Source: Bacteroidota bacterium (GTDB lineage Bacteria; Bacteroidota; Bacteroidia; Bacteroidales; WCHB1-69). From it: a stretch of DNA of 64,000 bases. A model generated the notes under the pieces. It was not told the DNA's origin and ran no database searches. It saw nothing but the letters and a program-made list of their open reading frames with translations. Where the stretch lies: NCBI GenBank assembly GCA_017860455.1, contig JAGDMF010000002.1:51814-115813 (forward strand). Reading direction: 5' to 3'. This document shows, piece by piece, positions 58,948 through 64,000 of this stretch (positions within the stretch are counted from its first letter, which is position 1; every line of letters starts with the position of its first letter). Both the position numbers and the translations under genes were made by a program.

Positions 58948-59364
58948 TTAGTGAGTGCGGGTATTCTTCTCTATGTTCTTGATAATGTCGGAAGGCTTCA
59001 TTTCGAACTTTTTTTTTATGTCTACATGATACATCTCTTCTGCTATTTCGATCATTTTATCCTTAAAATCAATTTGAATTTGCTTTTCAGCTAGCATCAT
59101 TTTCAGCATTGCAATTTCTTTATCTTTTGCAATGAGTTGCTTTGTGTCACTTTCAGTTTCTACTATTAATTTTTCTTTCTTCGTTGCCATATTACCATAT
59201 TTATTTAACCATTTATATACGCTACTTCGATGAGTATCATATTGTCTGCAAAGTTCGGCAATTTTTGTTTGTCCTGATTCTATCTCCTGGACTTTTTTTC
59301 TCTTGAAGCTTTCACTGAATTTTCTTCTTTGTCTCTCTTCTAATGTTAAACTAATTTCTTTCAT
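58948..59364 (-). CDS. IS3 transposase OrfA (HTH)
   Basis: RRKFSESFK.K.V, HTH, SVYKW..KY, coiled coil, DIKKK frameshift window. Confidence 0.9.
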   Translation of the reverse strand: MKEISLTLEERQRRKFSESFKRKKVQEIESGQTKIAELCRQYDTHRSSVYKWLNKYGNMATKKEKLIVETESDTKQLIAKDKEIAMLKMMLAEKQIQIDFKDKMIEIAEEMYHVDIKKKFEMKPSDIIKNIEKNTRTH

Positions 59365-59424
59365 AGGTTCACTTTTTTGTTTAATTTGTTTTAAAAAGTG
59401 GTCAACCTATTTCAGGCATTGACA

Positions 59425-59481
59425 TCCCGTCACCAGTCTCCTGTCACCAGTCTCCCGTCACCAGACTCCCGTCTCCAGTCC
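59425..59481. repeat. Heptamer array (cccgtca/ccagtct)n abutting the IS end
   Basis: Its reverse complement (agactgg/tgacggg) resembles the (agacggc/agacagc)n array at 57946-57977 on the other side of the IS. Confidence 0.8.
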
Positions 59482-59501
59482 GTTATAGATCATTGCGAGC
59501 C

Positions 59502-60038
59502 TCAGACCTGATACACTTGCTGGTGTATCTCCCTGACAATCTGAGGAAATTCGAATGGATTGATTGGATCAGGATAACTCATGATCTGGAGTGGAATTGG
59601 TTTATTTCCGGGATGATATGGGGGTTGAAAATAGGGATATTGATTCAAATGAAATCCTGATTTTTTGTAAAAAGCGATCCGCCGAATTGCATCCGGAGAG
59701 GATCTTTCCGGTTCCACTTCTAAAATGATGGGAGTGTGTTGTTTTTGAATCATATTTGATAATCCCTGCTTTCCGATCCCTTTTCCCCTCATTTCAGGAA
59801 TGATCGCAAAGTGTTCAATAAATCGAAAACTACCGAGCTGCCACCAGAAGAGAATCCCTGTAAACTTTTGATCTTTCTCTACTATTTCCGCATGAAAAAA
59901 GGGATGATTCAGGACTTGTTTGAGTTGCTCAACCGATCGTCTTTCAAATACCGGAAATGCACTTTCATATAGTTCCCGGGCCCTCTCAAAATAAAGATCC
60001 CGGGAATCTTCTATTCTATGAAAAGAGATCAATGCCAT
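59502..60038 (-). CDS. GNAT-family N-acetyltransferase
   Basis: LYESAFP..ERR, IEHFAI.PE.RGKGIG, ILEVE, RRI.FY...GF, Y.QPPY. Confidence 0.9.
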   Translation of the reverse strand: MALISFHRIEDSRDLYFERARELYESAFPVFERRSVEQLKQVLNHPFFHAEIVEKDQKFTGILFWWQLGSFRFIEHFAIIPEMRGKGIGKQGLSNMIQKQHTPIILEVEPERSSPDAIRRIAFYKKSGFHLNQYPYFQPPYHPGNKPIPLQIMSYPDPINPFEFPQIVREIHQQVYQV

Positions 60039-61684
60039 TACTGAACAATCACTTGTTTGTCTTTTGGATATTTTACGGAATATTTAATGATCACCGTTTT
60101 GGTTTCGTTCGGTTTTAATTCCAGTTTCCAGGTTACTTTTCCGGTTTCTGCTTCAACAACACCATTGGAAAAATCCAAAACTTCCACCACAATTTTGCTG
60201 TCTGTTGAGATCGGAATTTGATCAAATACAGATGTGGTTACCGGATACGATTTGTTATTTCTGATCGTGATTTTATATCCGACGGTCTCTTTGATATTGG
60301 ATCCGGCAAATGTTTTTTCAGAGAAAGTGGTCACTTTTTCCCTTTTTATAGAGAGGTTATTGTCAACACCAAACGACAAATCTAATGTGTCTTTAAACTG
60401 GGTGGTATTGATAAAAGATTTTCCAACATAGCTGTTTTCTAAATACAATTTGGCAATACCACTATTCAGATCTGCATTGTTCCAGTCTTTAATCTGTGCA
60501 ATCAGATACACATTTTCCCCTAATTTTGGTATGGATTGATAATCATAGGAAGCATTTAAAGTTCCTTCTCCGTAAGTAACGGTTGTGTTGGCATTTTTTG
60601 CAGGTATAGTTTGGGGATTACTCACAACGTACTCCTTCACCGTTTCCAATGCAGGGGTGTAAATGGTGTTTTCTCCGGTTGATCTGGAATCTTTTACCTG
60701 AATCGCTTTAGATTCAATGGTTGTTGGAGCATAATAACCATACGACAAATCAGCAACGCCTTCTGCTGCAATTACAGCAGCTTTAACTTGTCGTCCACCT
60801 GCTGCAGCTGGTTTATAGGGAGTATAGTATCCTAAATAGAATGGATTTAAAAAGGGAATTTGAGCAGATATGTTCATTTTGGCTGTAGATAGTATGATCT
60901 CCACATTTTCCCAGTTGATATCGGTGTTTTGTTTGATATTGGCAAAATAGGTGATCTCCAACGGTTTATCAAATCCTAAAAAACGGATGTCATACGTTGG
61001 ATACCAGGAGGCATCATACACATAGTAGGTGAATCCCATTTTTCCGGTTTTAACCTGTTTTCCGTCTATGGTTACTTCAATCACTCCGGAAGGGGTTCCC
61101 ACATTATTGATCACTTCTGCTAATTGATTATTAAGTTTTTCGAGTTCATTTTTATAGTTCTCAATGGTTCTTTCTCTTCTAAGCTTTTCTAAGGAAAGCG
61201 ATTCAAAATTGGATCCATAGATTTGATTAAGTTCTGTAAATGCAACGGGTGAGATCGATTCATTTTTTCCGGAGATCTGTTTGTTTACTTTTAAAAATTC
61301 CAGTTTTTCATTGATGATTTTGATCCAGATCTCTTCATCTCCCACTTTGGTGTTCAATTCTTCGATTTTGGATAACAATTTTTCTGACTCCGCATCTTTA
61401 TCCAATTGATTGATGTAATCAATTTTATATTGAACATTTAGAATCGTAAAACTGCCATCGCTGATGATTCTGACACTTTCAGCATTCACTTTTGAAGTTA
61501 ATCCGGTTAAAATGATTTTCATGGGTCCTTTCTGAATGGGGATAGAAACTTCACTTTCAATTTGGGCACCGATCGGATAAACAACCACTTTTTTAGGTGT
61601 TGAGGTGATCTTTTTTTCCACTTGTCCCATAACTAAAATGGGAAGCATCATGAAAATAACGAGTATATAAGATATAATTTTCAT
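60038..61684 (-). CDS. DUF4140/DUF4139 domain protein
   Basis: Signal peptide, VVVYP.GAQ, coiled coil, ASW.P.YDIR, Q.T...W..V...LST, DQIPIS. Confidence 0.88.
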   Translation of the reverse strand: MKIISYILVIFMMLPILVMGQVEKKITSTPKKVVVYPIGAQIESEVSIPIQKGPMKIILTGLTSKVNAESVRIISDGSFTILNVQYKIDYINQLDKDAESEKLLSKIEELNTKVGDEEIWIKIINEKLEFLKVNKQISGKNESISPVAFTELNQIYGSNFESLSLEKLRRERTIENYKNELEKLNNQLAEVINNVGTPSGVIEVTIDGKQVKTGKMGFTYYVYDASWYPTYDIRFLGFDKPLEITYFANIKQNTDINWENVEIILSTAKMNISAQIPFLNPFYLGYYTPYKPAAAGGRQVKAAVIAAEGVADLSYGYYAPTTIESKAIQVKDSRSTGENTIYTPALETVKEYVVSNPQTIPAKNANTTVTYGEGTLNASYDYQSIPKLGENVYLIAQIKDWNNADLNSGIAKLYLENSYVGKSFINTTQFKDTLDLSFGVDNNLSIKREKVTTFSEKTFAGSNIKETVGYKITIRNNKSYPVTTSVFDQIPISTDSKIVVEVLDFSNGVVEAETGKVTWKLELKPNETKTVIIKYSVKYPKDKQVIVQ

Positions 61685-61699
61685 ATTTTTATTTTTTTC

Positions 61700-63307
61700 T
61701 TATTGAACTTTAACTTGTTTATCTTTAGGGTATTTAACGGAATATTTGAGGATAACCGTTTTGGTTTCATTGGGTTTCAGATCCAATTTCCAAACCACTT
61801 TACCACTCTCCTTGTCAAATTGTCCTTCTGAAATCTCCAACATCTCCACTTTGATATTTTCATCTACAGAAATAGGGATCTGATCAAATACAGAGGTTGT
61901 AATCGCATAAGATTTGTTGTTTCGGATTGTAATTTTGTATCCAACCGTCTCTTTGATGGTGGAACCGGCAAACACTTTTTCAGAGTAAGTAGTCACTTTT
62001 TCTCTTTTAACGGTCACGTTATTATCCACCCCGAAGGAGATATCCAAAGTATCTGTGAAATGGCTGGTATTGATGTTAGATTTTCCTACATAGCTGTTTT
62101 CCAGATACAATTTGGCCAGTCCAGTATTGAGTTCTGCATCTCCCCAATCGCTGATTTGAGCAATCAAAAACACATTTTCAGAGAGTTTTGGAATGGAACG
62201 ATAATCGTAACTGGCATTAAGAAGTCCCTCTCCATAAGTGACAGAAGTGAAATTGGTGGAAGAAGGTATCGATTGTGGATTTTCCACTTTATACTCTTTA
62301 ATAGTTTCTGTTGAGGAAGTAAAATCAGTTAATGTAGGGGTGTAACTATAACTTTCAGGTATTCCTCCTGTTTTAAGACGTAGTGTATCCCACATAAATG
62401 TACTTACATCACTTTCAAAATCATAAGCTACTTCTATTACATTATCTTGATACGCTAAATAGTAGGGATTCAAGAAAGGGATCTGAGCTGAAACCTGTGT
62501 TTTGGCAGTGGATAGCGACAATTCCACATTGTTCCAGTCGATACCTGTAAATTGTCTGATATTAGCAAAATAGGTGATCTCCAAGGGTTTATTAAAACCG
62601 GTAAACCGAATATCGTAAGTGGGAGACCAGGATGCGGCCCAGGAGAAGAAGGAAAATCTCATTTTTGCGGTTTTGGCTTGTTCTCCATCAATAGTAACCA
62701 CAATCGTTCCGGATGGGATGCCGGTATGGTTTGAAACGGTTTCTAACTGAGCATTTAGCTTGATCAGTGTTTCGTTATACTCTTGAATTTTCCGTTCCCT
62801 TTTTAAAACTTCCAGATTCAGCGTTTCGTAATTTGTGCCATAAATCTGATTCATGGTTTTGAATGTTTCAGCATTTACCCCTTCGGTTTTGCCGGTAATC
62901 TGACGATTTACATTTAAAAAATCGATTTTCTCCCTGATGATTTTCAAAGCCAGTTGTTCATCTTCCACTTTATTTTTTAAATCATCAATTTGATCCACCA
63001 GTTTTTGGGTTTCTGCACCTTTATCCAGATCGTTCAGATAATCAATGCTATACTGTACATTTAAAATGGTGAAACTCCCATCACTGATGATTCGGATACT
63101 CTCTTCGTTGAGTGTTGTTGTCAAACCCGGAAGTTTAATTCTCATGGGTCCTTTTTGTATTGGGAAAGTAACTTCACTTTCTAATTGGGCGCCGGCTGGA
63201 TATACGATCACTTTTTTAACAGTGGACGGGATCACTTTTTCGGGCTGTGCCGCTATAAAAAGAGGCAAAAAGAGGAACATTATTCCTACATAAAACAGTT
63301 TTTTCAT
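61700..63307 (-). CDS. DUF4140/DUF4139 domain protein (tandem paralog)
   Basis: Same motifs and colinear with the downstream gene. Confidence 0.88.
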   Translation of the reverse strand: MKKLFYVGIMFLFLPLFIAAQPEKVIPSTVKKVIVYPAGAQLESEVTFPIQKGPMRIKLPGLTTTLNEESIRIISDGSFTILNVQYSIDYLNDLDKGAETQKLVDQIDDLKNKVEDEQLALKIIREKIDFLNVNRQITGKTEGVNAETFKTMNQIYGTNYETLNLEVLKRERKIQEYNETLIKLNAQLETVSNHTGIPSGTIVVTIDGEQAKTAKMRFSFFSWAASWSPTYDIRFTGFNKPLEITYFANIRQFTGIDWNNVELSLSTAKTQVSAQIPFLNPYYLAYQDNVIEVAYDFESDVSTFMWDTLRLKTGGIPESYSYTPTLTDFTSSTETIKEYKVENPQSIPSSTNFTSVTYGEGLLNASYDYRSIPKLSENVFLIAQISDWGDAELNTGLAKLYLENSYVGKSNINTSHFTDTLDISFGVDNNVTVKREKVTTYSEKVFAGSTIKETVGYKITIRNNKSYAITTSVFDQIPISVDENIKVEMLEISEGQFDKESGKVVWKLDLKPNETKTVILKYSVKYPKDKQVKVQ

Positions 63308-63384
63308 ATATGTGTTTTAAAAAAGGTTAGATCAATAAAACCGGCTCAGGTTAAACCGGAAAAAGAAAGAACGTATATTTTTTC

Positions 63385-63517
63385 AATGTGCTCGAATGCT
63401 CGATTGCTCGATTGCTCGAATGCTCGAATGCTCGAATGCTCATTTTTCATTTTTCATTTTTCATTTTTTTGCCTTTCGCCTTTTGTCTTTCGCCTTTCGC
63501 CCTTCGCCCTTCGCCCA
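63385..63517. repeat. Composite array: (gctcgaat)n + (tttttca)n + (cttcgcc)n
   Basis: Read directly; abuts the stop codon at 63518. Confidence 0.9.
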
Positions 63518-64000
63518 TTACAAGTATATCAGTTTCCCCACCACTTTCTGATACCCCATTTGCATTAATTTAGAGCAATATAAATCAATCTGTTCCTGAT
63601 GTTTAGGTAGTGGAGCTCCTGTTTTATAATCGATAACGACCACCTCATCTTCTAAAAAAATCACTCTATCGGGTCGCAACAGAGTGCCATCTGTGGAGAT
63701 GATGCTGGTTTCATTGAGTACAGATAAATCATTTTTAAAATAGGGAGCATATTCGAAATCTGTAATGAGTTTTATCAATAGTTTTTTCAAATATTCCTGA
63801 TACATTTCAGGTGTTTCCTGTATTAAAAACTCCACTTCTGCTTCATTTTCAGGAAATCTTTTTAACTCTGACAAAAACTGATGTATAAAAATCCCCCGTT
63901 CTTGTTCTTCATTCCAGCTTTTTTGAAAATCAAACGCTAAAAAAGCTGAACTCAATGTAAATGGAGAAACAAAAACCTGAGATACAGCAAGATCTGTTTT
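63518..64000 (-). CDS. C-terminal PD-(D/E)XK nuclease domain, probably of an AddA/UvrD-type helicase-nuclease (partial)
   Basis: G..IH..L, NE..I, RPDRV, VIDYKTG, H..Q...Y; the frame is open to the window end. Confidence 0.8.
   Translation of the reverse strand, partial: KTDLAVSQVFVSPFTLSSAFLAFDFQKSWNEEQERGIFIHQFLSELKRFPENEAEVEFLIQETPEMYQEYLKKLLIKLITDFEYAPYFKNDLSVLNETSIISTDGTLLRPDRVIFLEDEVVVIDYKTGAPLPKHQEQIDLYCSKLMQMGYQKVVGKLIYL

Larger units (their letters stand above)
57982..59424 (-). mobile_element. IS3-family insertion sequence (1443 bp)
   Basis: TIRs tgtcaatgcctaaaaatggttgacc and (reverse complement) tgtcaatgcctgaaataggttgacc with TG...CA ends; orfA/orfB; A9G slippery site at 59008-59017; no obvious TSD. 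Confidence 0.93.

Overview
AT-rich, gene-dense chromosomal window from an anaerobic Bacteroidota (Bacteroidales-like) bacterium. The assignment rests on many TAnnTTTG -7 promoter elements, a T9SS cargo protein, a TonB-dependent receptor/DUF4249 pair and LytS/LytTR systems. It holds housekeeping genes (rpsF-rpsR-rplI, mscL, pabABC, dtd, trxA, a DEAD-box helicase, selO), an IS3-family element with TIRs and a -1 frameshift site, a Panacea/RelE-like toxin-antitoxin pair, an ATPase plus small nuclease-like pair and an exosortase N/VIT cassette. Three things stand out. (1) A 1.14-kb unit in which a GxxExxY (PD-(D/E)XK-type) gene lies between two oppositely oriented arrays of ~25-bp repeats bounded by a 21/23-bp terminal inverted repeat; gene-less inverted-repeat cassettes of similar design occur at four other sites. 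(2) A four-gene operon encoding a two-cysteine DsrC, a DsrM/NarI-like membrane protein, a DsrK/TmcB-like Fe-S protein and a cysteine desulfurase, with no dsrAB in the window, suggesting a cysteine-fed sulfur-relay electron sink. (3) Intergenic mosaics of 7/8-mer tandem repeats, REP-like palindromes and three copies of a structured ~180-215-nt element with a covarying terminal helix. No rRNA, tRNA or CRISPR array was seen. All family calls come from motif recognition by eye, not from database searches.
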